NCBI GenBank assembly: GCA_965219455.1
Contig: OZ244744.1
Location: forward strand, 3,552,001 to 3,616,000
Length of the DNA stretch: 64,000 nt
Source: Candidatus Latescibacterota bacterium
GTDB lineage: Bacteria; Latescibacterota; UBA2968; GCA-2709665
Direction: 5' to 3'
Both the position numbers and the translations under genes were made by a program. Each line of letters starts with the position of its first letter. Within the stretch, counting starts at the first letter, position 1. Below the pieces are notes generated by a model, which was not told where the DNA came from, searched no databases, and saw only the letters and a list, made by a program, of their open reading frames with translations. Positions 20,067 to 29,927 of this stretch are shown here, one piece after another.

Positions 20067-22682
20067 TCAAACGCTTTTACCGAATTGACTGACAAACATC
20101 AGAAAATCGCCGAACCCGATCGTGCCGTTTCCATCCAGATCATACCGTGCGCCATACCCCTCGTCTCCGAGACTGGATCCGAACCGGCTTGCGAACTGCA
20201 GAAAATCGGCAAAGTCCACGGTCCCATTCCCGTCAAAGTCAGGCGTAGCCACCGTCGCAGGCCTGTCAAACAAGACCTCGACACCCCTGGCCTCCAGCGC
20301 GGGAACGTGCGTGTTGAGGGCGGATGCATTCAATGGATTGCCATTGAGGTTTATTTGCGTCAATCCGGTTGCGAACTCGAGCCCGAGGAGATCGCGGATA
20401 TCGCTGTTGCCCACGTCAAGCGTAGTCAGGCGCCCCATTTCCGCACGGGTGACAGGCCCGTACCCCGGCTTGCCCAGCGCTTCTCGAATAGCCGCCTTGA
20501 GGTTGACGTCGGCGATACGTACCACGGGCGTTACGTGCCGAGAAAAATCCCACAGGACAATCGCATAATCCCCTTCTCCATAGTTGCCTGACGCGGTGGC
20601 GAAGATTGTGCCGTCAGGAGAAAATGACCCGGAAAAGACCCAGGGTGAGTGGCCCTGAATCTTCTCCCGAAGCACGATGTCTTCTACCGGCCTGGTGGGA
20701 TCGATGGCTCCTAGATCCGGGACATCCCAGATCTCGATATCTCCCCCCTGTGTAATGGTAACATAGGTTTCACCATCGGGTGAGAATGACACATAGCGGA
20801 GAATATCATGACCTGTTACTCTGTGCCGGGCGATACTCTTCAACTGTCCTTCTTCCGATACGTCCCAAAATCCGACCGTGTTGTCAAAACCACCTGAGAT
20901 GAGGGTTTTCCCATCGGGCGAAAATGACACCCAAGTGACGACACTCGGGATGCTTGCGCCGACAATCTCGGTTCTGGTCTCCACGTCCCATAACCTGATT
21001 GTGCCGTCGAAACCACCTGAAGCAATGGTCTTTCCATCGGGCGAAATAGCCAACCCGTGAACAGACGCTGTATGCCCATTCAAGGTGCCAACATGGGTTC
21101 TTGTCGCCATGTCCCACAACTTGATCGTGTACTCCCGAGGACGATCATTGCCCACCGCAGAGGCGAGAATCCTGCCATCAGGCGAAAAGGCCAAACCATT
21201 AATCCGGCCATTCCTGCCGCCCTGCTCGAAGGTGGCGATCTCGGTCCGGCGTGCCACGTCCCATAGCTTGACAATGCCATCCCACGTTCCCGAGGCAAGG
21301 ACTGTGCCATCGGGTGAAAAGGCCACGGAATATACCCGCCGGAACCATCCCCGAGGATCGTAACCCGCCAGTGTGGCAATATGGTCGCCGGTCTCCGCGT
21401 CCCACAGTCTGACCGAATGAGTCTCGGACCGCGAGGATTCTGTCGCGGAGGCAAGGACCTTGCCATCGGGGGAAAAGGCGACCCAATAGGCCCCGTTCCT
21501 CGTGGCCGGCCGCTTGTCCAGGGGGATGATCAGTTTGTGTGTCGATTCATGAAGCAGCACAAGACCTGATTTGCCCACGTTCCCGCGCACATCGACAACC
21601 TCGACATTTATCCTGTGCGTGCGCAGGCTGGAGAAATTCGTAAGCCCCTCATCGTCGGACGGAATAAGGCCGTCGTACACGAAGTCGACAATGGTATTCT
21701 GCACACCCCCTAATATGCGACCTCCCTTCAATTCAGGAGCACCGGCCGAAAAGTGCGGCGGCTGTGTGGTAACGAAGTAGGAGACTTGCTGAAGTCCGTA
21801 CGGACTGCTGACCTCGAGTTGGACAGGGACGCCGGTTTCACCGTCGGAATAGGAACGCCCAGACGTGACGTAGCTTATCGGCGGCTCGGACCCTTCCATG
21901 GGACTGTCGGGATTGAAGTGGGGATGTACGGCCAGTTGCCCCGCACTGAACTCCGATAGCCGGCTTTGCCCGGGACCGTACGACATCACGTACCCGCCAT
22001 CAGTGAAATTGTGCCACAGTCCGAAAGCATGCCCCAGTTCATGGGCCGCCCTGGAAACGAATCTCGCGTCGCTATCGATGTATTGAGTCAGCATCGCCCA
22101 CCCGCCAACTCTTGATCTCTGAAGTCCCCGTGCCAGTACGTTTCGCAGGGCAAGGTCATCGTCATTGCCTTCGACGATGAGGTAGACATTGGCATCGATA
22201 TCGAATCCCCGGTCGAATACGATCTCTTCCAGCGTGTCCCAATGGTTGTAATAGCTCCGGGATCCATAGACGACATGAACCACCGGGTTGCCCTGAGCAT
22301 CGGTTTCATAGCGGAAGGTATTTTCTCCGAAACCGTGCGCCTGTATCTGCTCGGCAAACAGGGTTTGCACCTTCCGGATCGCGTCTTCCATCGCGTCAAC
22401 CGTTTCCTGCCTGAACGTACTGCCCTGCACCACATAGTAGATCATCCGCACGGTGCGGGGCGCACCCGGGTTTGAATGCGCCGACTTGCCCGCTGCATTT
22501 TGACGAAAATGCTCAAACCTGGCCGCATCCACCGGTTGACAGAAATGAGAACCCTCGGGCGGCGGAGACGCCGCCCGACCCACCGACGGTATCAGCGCAC
22601 ATAAAAACAGAGCGAAAATCATTGGCTTCATATCAGGCTTTCCTTTCATGCTTTCATTGAGGACATATGACGGGGCCGGCAC
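20067..22682 (-). CDS. Secreted multidomain protein: metzincin metallopeptidase + WD40 propeller + LRR-like cap + dockerin/EF-hand-like C-terminus
   Basis: Signal peptide after M18; HELGHAFGLWH and Met-turn VMSY; about 7 FSPDG...W[D] repeats; DFDGNGTVDFADF and DLDGNGTIGFGDF. Confidence 0.88.
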   Translation of the reverse strand: MPAPSYVLNESMKGKPDMKPMIFALFLCALIPSVGRAASPPPEGSHFCQPVDAARFEHFRQNAAGKSAHSNPGAPRTVRMIYYVVQGSTFRQETVDAMEDAIRKVQTLFAEQIQAHGFGENTFRYETDAQGNPVVHVVYGSRSYYNHWDTLEEIVFDRGFDIDANVYLIVEGNDDDLALRNVLARGLQRSRVGGWAMLTQYIDSDARFVSRAAHELGHAFGLWHNFTDGGYVMSYGPGQSRLSEFSAGQLAVHPHFNPDSPMEGSEPPISYVTSGRSYSDGETGVPVQLEVSSPYGLQQVSYFVTTQPPHFSAGAPELKGGRILGGVQNTIVDFVYDGLIPSDDEGLTNFSSLRTHRINVEVVDVRGNVGKSGLVLLHESTHKLIIPLDKRPATRNGAYWVAFSPDGKVLASATESSRSETHSVRLWDAETGDHIATLAGYDPRGWFRRVYSVAFSPDGTVLASGTWDGIVKLWDVARRTEIATFEQGGRNGRINGLAFSPDGRILASAVGNDRPREYTIKLWDMATRTHVGTLNGHTASVHGLAISPDGKTIASGGFDGTIRLWDVETRTEIVGASIPSVVTWVSFSPDGKTLISGGFDNTVGFWDVSEEGQLKSIARHRVTGHDILRYVSFSPDGETYVTITQGGDIEIWDVPDLGAIDPTRPVEDIVLREKIQGHSPWVFSGSFSPDGTIFATASGNYGEGDYAIVLWDFSRHVTPVVRIADVNLKAAIREALGKPGYGPVTRAEMGRLTTLDVGNSDIRDLLGLEFATGLTQINLNGNPLNASALNTHVPALEARGVEVLFDRPATVATPDFDGNGTVDFADFLQFASRFGSSLGDEGYGARYDLDGNGTIGFGDFLMFVSQFGKSV

Positions 22683-23276
22683 CCGGAGAGACGGCGCCGG
22701 GTGCGATATCCAGTCACACTGTCGATACTCGGCTCTCGGCCCCCGTTACTCGCGATCGAAACGTACGCGCGAGACCCGTTGACACGGTCAACCGGCGATC
22801 AGAGTCCATTCGAATGCCCGCACATCCGAAACCGCCATCACCTCGTACGGCGTCCGATTCCGTTTCCGATGACTCGAAGCAGTTCTGTAACTTCGGGGTT
22901 CCGGCAAGAATCAGCTCATAATCTCCACGAATAGAACCGTGAAATTTCCCGATAATCTCCGGGGGTCATTCCCTCCTGTCGGCGAAAGGCTTCGGAAAAT
23001 CGACTTTGATTCTTGAAGCCGCATTGTTCCGCAATGAGGTAAATGCGTTCGCCGCCATCCACAACATTTGACAATACCTCGGTGGCGAGATGCGGTTGCT
23101 ACTACAAACCACTTCGACAAGCTCAGTGCAAGCAGCACAGGCAACACATGCACATGCACTTTGACAGGCTAGATGTAAACAACGCAGCGATACGAGATGA
23201 ATCGGCCTGCCTGAAGCGCAGGGCACTGCGCAGGCAGGCGGATGAACGGTGAGATTTTTTCGTGACGGGACATTAG

Positions 23277-24829
23277 CCTCAATGCGAAAATAATGTTGAT
23301 GAATTTCGGGGTATTGAAGACTAAGCGAGAATGCGAATAAGTCTATATTTTTCAATAGGAAAAGGCCTTCCATTTTGGTATATTGGGAAGCGACAAACGA
23401 CCCATTTAACCCAAAACGAAAGGCCACGTACAGTGAGACGAAAGAAAGCGGATTTGCACGCGCGTGTCAACGACAATTTGAAGATGGAATTCACCGGTGA
23501 AGGCCTCACCTCGTATGCGGGTTTGGAACTGTTGATGCGATATTTGCGAAACGTGGATTGGAACAGGCAGTTGCGCCGTCACCTGGGCAGTGTGGGCTTT
23601 GGCGGCGATTTCGGTGTGGTGAGCCTGTGCCGTGTTCTGTTGGGTTTGCTGTGGGTAGGCGGCCGTCGGTTGCGGCATCTGGATTTCTTGAAAGGAGATC
23701 CCCTGCTGCAGCGGTTTTGCGGTCTGACGGATCTACCGACCCCCCGCAGCGTGAGTACGTTTCTGAGACGGTTTTCCGACAAGGGTCTCAACGCCCTGAA
23801 AGCCCTCAACGCCGACGTGGTTGCCCATAAGATCAACCTGTTGCGCGCCCGAAAATTGACGATCGACGTGGACGGCACCGTCTTGTGCACCGGAAAACGC
23901 GTCGGCGGTGCCCGCCGCGGGTATAATCCGCATCATCGCAAAGTCCCCAGTTACTATCCGATCACCGCCTACCTGGCCGACAGTGGTCATTTTCTGGGCG
24001 TGCACAACCGGGCAGGCAACGTCAATGATGGCAGCGCCTCCATCCTGTTTCTAAAGGACGTGTTTTCCCAGATCAAAGAGACCTTGGGACACGCCTACAC
24101 TCTGCGATTCCGCATGGATGGCGCCTTTTTCAAAGAGGATGTGGTGAACACGCTCATCAAGAACAAGGCCTCGTATGCCATCAAGGTACCCTTCTGGAAA
24201 GGCCTGGACTTACAGCACAAAATCCGTCAATGCAGCAACTGGCAGCGCATCGAGAAGGGCGTCGACGGCTTCACGTCAACGCTGACGGTCAAAAAATGGA
24301 AACGCACCCTCAACATTGCCATCTTTCGAAAACGCGTGATGCATCAAACCCGAAAGAACTACCAGTTGGACCTGTTCGATCCCGATGATGGCACCTTCGA
24401 ATACAGTGCGGTGGCTACCAATCTACCCTTCAAGTTGCGCGCGCTCTGGCGCTTCATGGCAGGCCGTGGTGCCCACGAAAAAGCCATTGGCGAACTCAAG
24501 ACCGGACTTAGCTTCGATACCATCCCCACGCACCATTACCACGCCAATAGTGCCTGGCAACAGTTCGTCATTCTCGCGCACAACCTCCTGGTCAACTTCC
24601 AAATCGAAACCGGACTCACAAAACGCAATCGCACCTTGAAAAATACCAACCGATGGCCGCTCAAATCCATACGTACTCTCCGGTTCGAGCTCATCAACCG
24701 AGCCGGACACCTCGTGCGACCCGAAGGGCGTCTAACCCTGCGCCTCCAACGCAACAAGCACACCGAAAAACAATACCGTAAAATCTGCAACGCGCTCCAG
24801 AAAGCCGCCTGATTTATTTCACATTGAGG
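23277..24829 (+). mobile_element. Complete IS1380-family insertion sequence (1553 bp)
   Basis: Terminal IRs CCTCAATGCGAAAATAA / TTATTTCACATTGAGG; 4-bp target duplication TTAG at 23273-23276 and 24830-24833. Confidence 0.92.
23433..24812 (+). CDS. IS1380-family DDE transposase
   Basis: LTSYAGL, TIDVDGT, GYNPH, RMDGAFF, GRGAHEKAIGELK, AHNL; GTG start at 23433 inferred. Confidence 0.9.
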   Translation: MRRKKADLHARVNDNLKMEFTGEGLTSYAGLELLMRYLRNVDWNRQLRRHLGSVGFGGDFGVVSLCRVLLGLLWVGGRRLRHLDFLKGDPLLQRFCGLTDLPTPRSVSTFLRRFSDKGLNALKALNADVVAHKINLLRARKLTIDVDGTVLCTGKRVGGARRGYNPHHRKVPSYYPITAYLADSGHFLGVHNRAGNVNDGSASILFLKDVFSQIKETLGHAYTLRFRMDGAFFKEDVVNTLIKNKASYAIKVPFWKGLDLQHKIRQCSNWQRIEKGVDGFTSTLTVKKWKRTLNIAIFRKRVMHQTRKNYQLDLFDPDDGTFEYSAVATNLPFKLRALWRFMAGRGAHEKAIGELKTGLSFDTIPTHHYHANSAWQQFVILAHNLLVNFQIETGLTKRNRTLKNTNRWPLKSIRTLRFELINRAGHLVRPEGRLTLRLQRNKHTEKQYRKICNALQKAA

Positions 24830-24895
24830 TTAGTTACCGAATTTACGCCGAAAAATCAAGGGGAAACGCGCAAGGTTGATTGCCGGAGATTTTGC

Positions 24896-24924
24896 TTGCG
24901 GATTCCGTTTTTTTTTGCTATAAA
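24896..24924 (+). promoter_or_regulatory. Candidate sigma70 promoter for the 25010 gene
   Basis: TTGCGG-N17-TATAAA. Confidence 0.5.
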
Positions 24925-25009
24925 ACCGTTGTTGCGGTGTTTTCATCTGCAGGGTTTTCCGTCGATTAACTTGAACGTGGGCGTGGAACGCTCCTGAGGA
25001 GGTTCGACG

Positions 25010-26272
25010 ATGGACAAGCTGGCAATTCTGGGTGGATCGAGGGCGGTGAAGACCGATCCGGGAGATATGTTCACCTGGCCGATTATCACTGAGGAGGACG
25101 AGGAGGCCGTGTTGGAGGTATTGCGGCGCGGGGCCATGTCCGGCACGGACGTAACGGTGCAGTTTGAAAAGGAATATGCAGACTGGTTCGGCACGAAGTA
25201 CGCGCTTGCACACAATACGGGTACGTCGTCCATCCATACGGCGATGTTCGGTTGCGGCGTGGGCGTGGGAGATGAAATCATCTGCCAGAGCATGACGTTC
25301 TGGGCATCGGTCCTGCAGGCAATGAATCTTGGCGCAACCATTGTTTACGCGGATATCGATCCGGATACGATCACACTGGATCCGGCAGACGTGGAACGAA
25401 AGATTACGGGCAGAACCAAGGCGATTGTGGCGGTCCACTATTTCGGCCATCCGACCGATATGGATGCAATTTTGGAGATTGCCAATGCCCGCGGAATCAA
25501 GGTGATCGAAGACGTCTCCCACGCACACGGCGCACAGTACAGGGGACGATTGACCGGCGGGATCGGCCATGTGGGCGCAATGTCGTGCATGGCTGGCAAG
25601 TCGCTGGCCATCGGCGAGGCGGGAATGCTGGTCACCGACGACAAAGAAATCTATGAGCGCGCGGTTGCGTTCGGCCATTACGAACGTACCGGACAGATCG
25701 AAGATCCCGAATTGAAGAAATTCGCAGGCATGCCTCTGGGCGGATTCAAATACAGGATGCACCAGCTTTCGTCGGCCGTGGGGCGGGTTCAACTCAAGCA
25801 TTACAGGGAACGGATGGAAGCGATCGACATGGCAATGAACCATTTCTGGGATCTGCTTGAAGGCGCGCCCGGAATTCGCCCCCACAGGCCGGCGAAGGGC
25901 TCCGGCAGTTCAATGGGTGGATGGTATGCCGCGCATGGGATTTACGTTCCGGAGGAACTCGGCGGGCTGCCCTTGCGGAAGTTCTGCGAGGCGGTGCGGG
26001 CTGAAGGGACTTCCTGCGGAGCGGGCGCCAACCTGCTGATGCATCTGCATCCCGTTTTGAACGAGGCCGACGTCTACGGGCACGGCGAACCCACGCGAGT
26101 CGCGCATTCCGACTCGGACGTTCGCCAGGGCGAGGGCAGCCTGCCGCAGACGGAGCGGATGTCGGAGCGTCTCTATTCCATCCCATGGTTCAAACATTAT
26201 CGCCCGGAAATAATAAGGGAACATGCGGAGGCATTCCGGAAAGTCGTGGCGCAGGCGGGAGAACTTCAGTAG
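25010..26272 (+). CDS. DegT/DnrJ/EryC1/StrS aminotransferase (canonical Lys)
   Basis: KLAILGG, IEDVSHAHGA, SCMAGKSLAIGEAG; GGAGG RBS. Confidence 0.9.
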   Translation: MDKLAILGGSRAVKTDPGDMFTWPIITEEDEEAVLEVLRRGAMSGTDVTVQFEKEYADWFGTKYALAHNTGTSSIHTAMFGCGVGVGDEIICQSMTFWASVLQAMNLGATIVYADIDPDTITLDPADVERKITGRTKAIVAVHYFGHPTDMDAILEIANARGIKVIEDVSHAHGAQYRGRLTGGIGHVGAMSCMAGKSLAIGEAGMLVTDDKEIYERAVAFGHYERTGQIEDPELKKFAGMPLGGFKYRMHQLSSAVGRVQLKHYRERMEAIDMAMNHFWDLLEGAPGIRPHRPAKGSGSSMGGWYAAHGIYVPEELGGLPLRKFCEAVRAEGTSCGAGANLLMHLHPVLNEADVYGHGEPTRVAHSDSDVRQGEGSLPQTERMSERLYSIPWFKHYRPEIIREHAEAFRKVVAQAGELQ

Positions 26273-26339
26273 CGACGGGTTGCGGGTCCTGATGGAGTGC
26301 AGGGTTCTTCGCACCCGACCGCCAACGGAATCAGCACTG

Positions 26340-26368
26340 GACGGCCGACAAAACGTCGGCCGTCTTTC
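26340..26368 (+). terminator. Probable intrinsic terminator
   Basis: 10-bp stem gacggccgac/gtcggccgtc followed by a short T-run. Confidence 0.55.
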
Positions 26369-26451
26369 TATATAAACGGAACGACCCGCCTTCCGCAGCG
26401 GGCGAAGCCGGTCGCCGGGAACGAGTCCAGGCCGGAAGAGGTTGCGGGGGA

Positions 26452-26480
26452 TTGAATTTGTCCGCCACTCTTGTTATATT
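26452..26480 (+). promoter_or_regulatory. Candidate sigma70 promoter for the M16 peptidase
   Basis: TTGAAT-N17-TATATT. Confidence 0.55.
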
Positions 26481-26566
26481 GCTATTTCGGCGGCCGTGCT
26501 GTTTTCACGGCCCGTTCCCACCGACTTCCAACCGTGCAATCCAATTCACAACAGGGAGATTCTTTC

Positions 26567-29482
26567 ATGCATCAGTTGCGATCCTCGTCGTCCGCCCTTC
26601 TCCTCGTCGCCGTTCTCTGCACGTTCGTCTCCAGCGCGGACGGTGGGCACACACGTATTCACGAACCGGGTTCCGGCGATCCCATGGCCGTGCACATTTT
26701 CCGGCTGGACAATGGCCTCACCGTCTATCTCACCGAGAATCATCAGACACCGCGCTTCTACGCCGAGATAGTCGTGCGTGCGGGAAGCAAACACGATCCC
26801 GCCGAATCCACCGGCCTGGCGCACTATCTGGAACACATGCTCTTCAAGGGCACGAAGAACATCGGCTCCATGGACTACGAAAAGGAAAAGGCGCATCTGG
26901 ACCGTATAACCAGTCTCTATGAAGAGCATTTCAGCGAAACCGATCCCGAGAAGCGGAAAGCCATCTACGCCGAGATCAACAAAGAGTCCCAGTTCGCGTC
27001 GAAATACGCCATACCCAACGAAATCGACAAACTCTACAAGGCCATGGGTGGCACCGGCCTCAACGCGCACACCTGGCACGAAGAGACCGTGTACAGGATC
27101 AATCTGCCCGCCAACCGGCTGCGGCACTGGGCCGTAATCGAATCCGAGCGCTTCCGGAACGCCGTCTTCCGGCTCTTTCAGCCCGAACTCGAGACGGTCT
27201 ACGAAGAAAAAAACCGGTCAATGGACAACAAAGACCGGGTAATCCGTTACGCCGTTGCCGATCTGCTTTACAAGAAACATCCCTACGGTCAGCAGACCAC
27301 GATCGGAAAGGTGGAACACCTGAAGAACCCATCGCTTGAAAACATGTACCGGTTTTACAATACCTATTACGTCCCGAACAATATGGCGATCGCAATTTCA
27401 GGCGACATCCGGATCGACGAAACTATAAAGCTGATCGACGAACATTTCTCGGCATGGCAGCCCGGCTCTCTGCCTCAATTGCCCGATTGGAAGGAAGCTC
27501 CCCTGAATGGCGTCGAACGGGCGATGGTCAAATATCAGGGTGAAGAATTCGTCCTTCTGGCCTTCCGGACCGCGTCCAGGAATCACGAGGACGCGGACGC
27601 GCTCAGACTCGTGGATATGATCCTGGACAACGCCACCGCCGGCCTGATCAACCTCAACCTCAACCAGAAACAGAAGGTCCGGCGGTCCGGTGCGTACCCC
27701 ACTTTGTACAACGACCATGGCGCTCAGTATCTCTGGGGTATTCCGAAAAAAGATCAGACACTGGAAGAACTGGAAAAGTTGCTGCTCGAACAGCTTGGTA
27801 TTGTCAAGGCCGGCAGGTTCGAAGAATGGATTCTTCCGGCAATCGTCACCGACTTCAAAAAGAACGAAAAGAGGGAAATGGAATCGGACAACGCCCGTGT
27901 GCGCCGAATGCGGAATTCGTTCCTTTCGTATCAGGACTGGAGCCATACCGCGGGTGAGATCGCTCGCCTGGAACGGATCACAAAAGACGATGTGATCCGG
28001 GTCGCACGGAAATACTTCTCGGACAATTTCGTTGCTGGCTACAGGATCGATGAACAGCACGAACTTCCCAAGATTCAGAAACCCCAGATCGACAAAATCG
28101 ACATCGACGCCACCCGGCAGTCCGTTTTTGCCGGCAAGGCACTGGCCCTTCCCGCGGAGGAAATTGAACCGACATTTGTGGATCCTGTCAAAGACTACCG
28201 GATCGTCGAATTTCACGACGGCGTCCGACTCTACTATTCCCGGAACCCCATAAATGACCTATTCTCGCTGAGCATCACGGTTGAACTGGGCAACAACCAG
28301 AACAACAAGATGGGGATTGCCGCCCGGTTGCTCGACAAGTCCGGTACTGTAAGTCACACCTCCGAAGCCCTCAAGAAAGAGTGGTACAAACTCGGTACTG
28401 AATTCTCCCTGTCTGCGGGCAACAACGAAACGACCGTGACCATCTCCGGCCTCGATGAGAACCTCGATGCATCGCTTGGCCTGATGGAGGAACTTGTCAA
28501 CAACCCGACGGCGAACGACGCAACCCTTGACGAACTCGCCAAAATCATACTTGCAGAGCGTGAAGACACGAAAAAAAATCACCGCACCATTCAGGGCGGC
28601 GTTGTTCTGTTCAACAGATACGGCAAGGAGTCCCGCTATCTGCGCATGCTGCCGAACGAAGCGTTGGGGGAACTTACCGTAGAGGAACTTCATGCGCTGG
28701 TCCGGCGCCTCTTGAGATACAAACACACGATCGCGTATACCGGTTCCCTGCCCCTTCAACAGGTCCTTACGACCTTGAAAAAACACCATCAGATCTCCGG
28801 CGCACTTGAGGACCCCCCGCCATATCGGTTCTACAAGGCGCGGACTCCCGAAAAGACCGAAATCCGCTTTTTTGACAAATCGCTCGCACAGGCGCTTGTC
28901 TACGTTGAGTTCGGCGATGTAGATTACAACGAGGCTTCCGTCCCCGCAACCGAACTCTACAATAGCTACTTCGGTGGCGGGATGAGCGGTATCGTCTTCC
29001 AGGAATTGCGCGAAGCCCGCGCGCTGGCCTACTCGGCCTGGGCGCGATACTTCAACGGCGATCGGAAGGGAGACCAGAACCGCATGGTGGGCTCGGTCGC
29101 CTGCCAGCCCGACAAAACCGTGGAAGCCGTCGCGGCATTCATGGATCTGATGGACAACATCCCGGTTTCGCCCGAGCGTTTCGAAGAAGCCCGCGCCTCC
29201 ATTCTAAACAGGTATCGCACCAACAAAATCAGCTTTCGACGGGTACTGGGTTCCGTACGCTCCTGGGAACGTCTGGGCGTTCCCGTAGATCCCCGGAAGT
29301 CCCGGTTCGAGAAAATCCAGGTCGCCGAAATGGATGACATGCTCGGGTTCTACGGCAAGAACCTGAAAAACAGGGTCAAACTGATCTCCATCGTCGGCGA
29401 CAAAAACAAGATCGACCTCGATGCGCTGGAGAAATACGGTACCGTCAGCGAGGTCGGTCTTGAGGACATTTTTGTATTCTAG
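26567..29482 (+). CDS. Secreted M16 (insulinase) zinc peptidase
   Basis: LDNGL, GLAHYLEHMLFKGT (HxxEH), HPYG, LFQELREARALAYS-like C-terminal motif; signal peptide. Confidence 0.93.
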   Translation: MHQLRSSSSALLLVAVLCTFVSSADGGHTRIHEPGSGDPMAVHIFRLDNGLTVYLTENHQTPRFYAEIVVRAGSKHDPAESTGLAHYLEHMLFKGTKNIGSMDYEKEKAHLDRITSLYEEHFSETDPEKRKAIYAEINKESQFASKYAIPNEIDKLYKAMGGTGLNAHTWHEETVYRINLPANRLRHWAVIESERFRNAVFRLFQPELETVYEEKNRSMDNKDRVIRYAVADLLYKKHPYGQQTTIGKVEHLKNPSLENMYRFYNTYYVPNNMAIAISGDIRIDETIKLIDEHFSAWQPGSLPQLPDWKEAPLNGVERAMVKYQGEEFVLLAFRTASRNHEDADALRLVDMILDNATAGLINLNLNQKQKVRRSGAYPTLYNDHGAQYLWGIPKKDQTLEELEKLLLEQLGIVKAGRFEEWILPAIVTDFKKNEKREMESDNARVRRMRNSFLSYQDWSHTAGEIARLERITKDDVIRVARKYFSDNFVAGYRIDEQHELPKIQKPQIDKIDIDATRQSVFAGKALALPAEEIEPTFVDPVKDYRIVEFHDGVRLYYSRNPINDLFSLSITVELGNNQNNKMGIAARLLDKSGTVSHTSEALKKEWYKLGTEFSLSAGNNETTVTISGLDENLDASLGLMEELVNNPTANDATLDELAKIILAEREDTKKNHRTIQGGVVLFNRYGKESRYLRMLPNEALGELTVEELHALVRRLLRYKHTIAYTGSLPLQQVLTTLKKHHQISGALEDPPPYRFYKARTPEKTEIRFFDKSLAQALVYVEFGDVDYNEASVPATELYNSYFGGGMSGIVFQELREARALAYSAWARYFNGDRKGDQNRMVGSVACQPDKTVEAVAAFMDLMDNIPVSPERFEEARASILNRYRTNKISFRRVLGSVRSWERLGVPVDPRKSRFEKIQVAEMDDMLGFYGKNLKNRVKLISIVGDKNKIDLDALEKYGTVSEVGLEDIFVF

Positions 29483-29563
29483 CCGGTGCGGCAGATCGTC
29501 ATTCGCGAAACGTGTCGTTCACACGTGTGCCCACATCTGTCATGCTAAGGAAGCCGTTGTGAA

Positions 29564-29852
29564 GGTGGGGCAGACATTCCTGTCTGCCGACGTGCGTCTA
29601 ATCTGTCATCCTGAGGAAGCCGCCCGGCCTGCCAGAGAATCATTGGCAGGCCGGCTGACGAAGGATCTCCTGCGGCATCGGTACACACCAGCGCGATTTG
29701 TACGTGTCACGAGCCGAACAGGCGGAACGTTAGCGCCCACAAGGTCAGGCCGAGGCGGCGCGTGTGTCGCAGGGGTCCCGAAATACGGGCATTTCGACAA
29801 GCTCAATGACCACGTTCCGGTTGGCGCATTGTGACTTGGCTCAGAATGACAC
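29564..29852. repeat. Cluster of REP-like palindromic elements between convergent genes
   Basis: ggggcagacattcctgtctgcc; tgtcatcctgag...gaaggatct; catttcgacaagctcaatg; gctcagaatgaca. Confidence 0.7.
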
Positions 29853-29927
29853 GTAGGACGATCTTCAGGCGGGAAAGTTTCCCCTTAGCGATCCCTGGCA
29901 GCGCAAGCAGTCCATCCCCGCCCCCCG

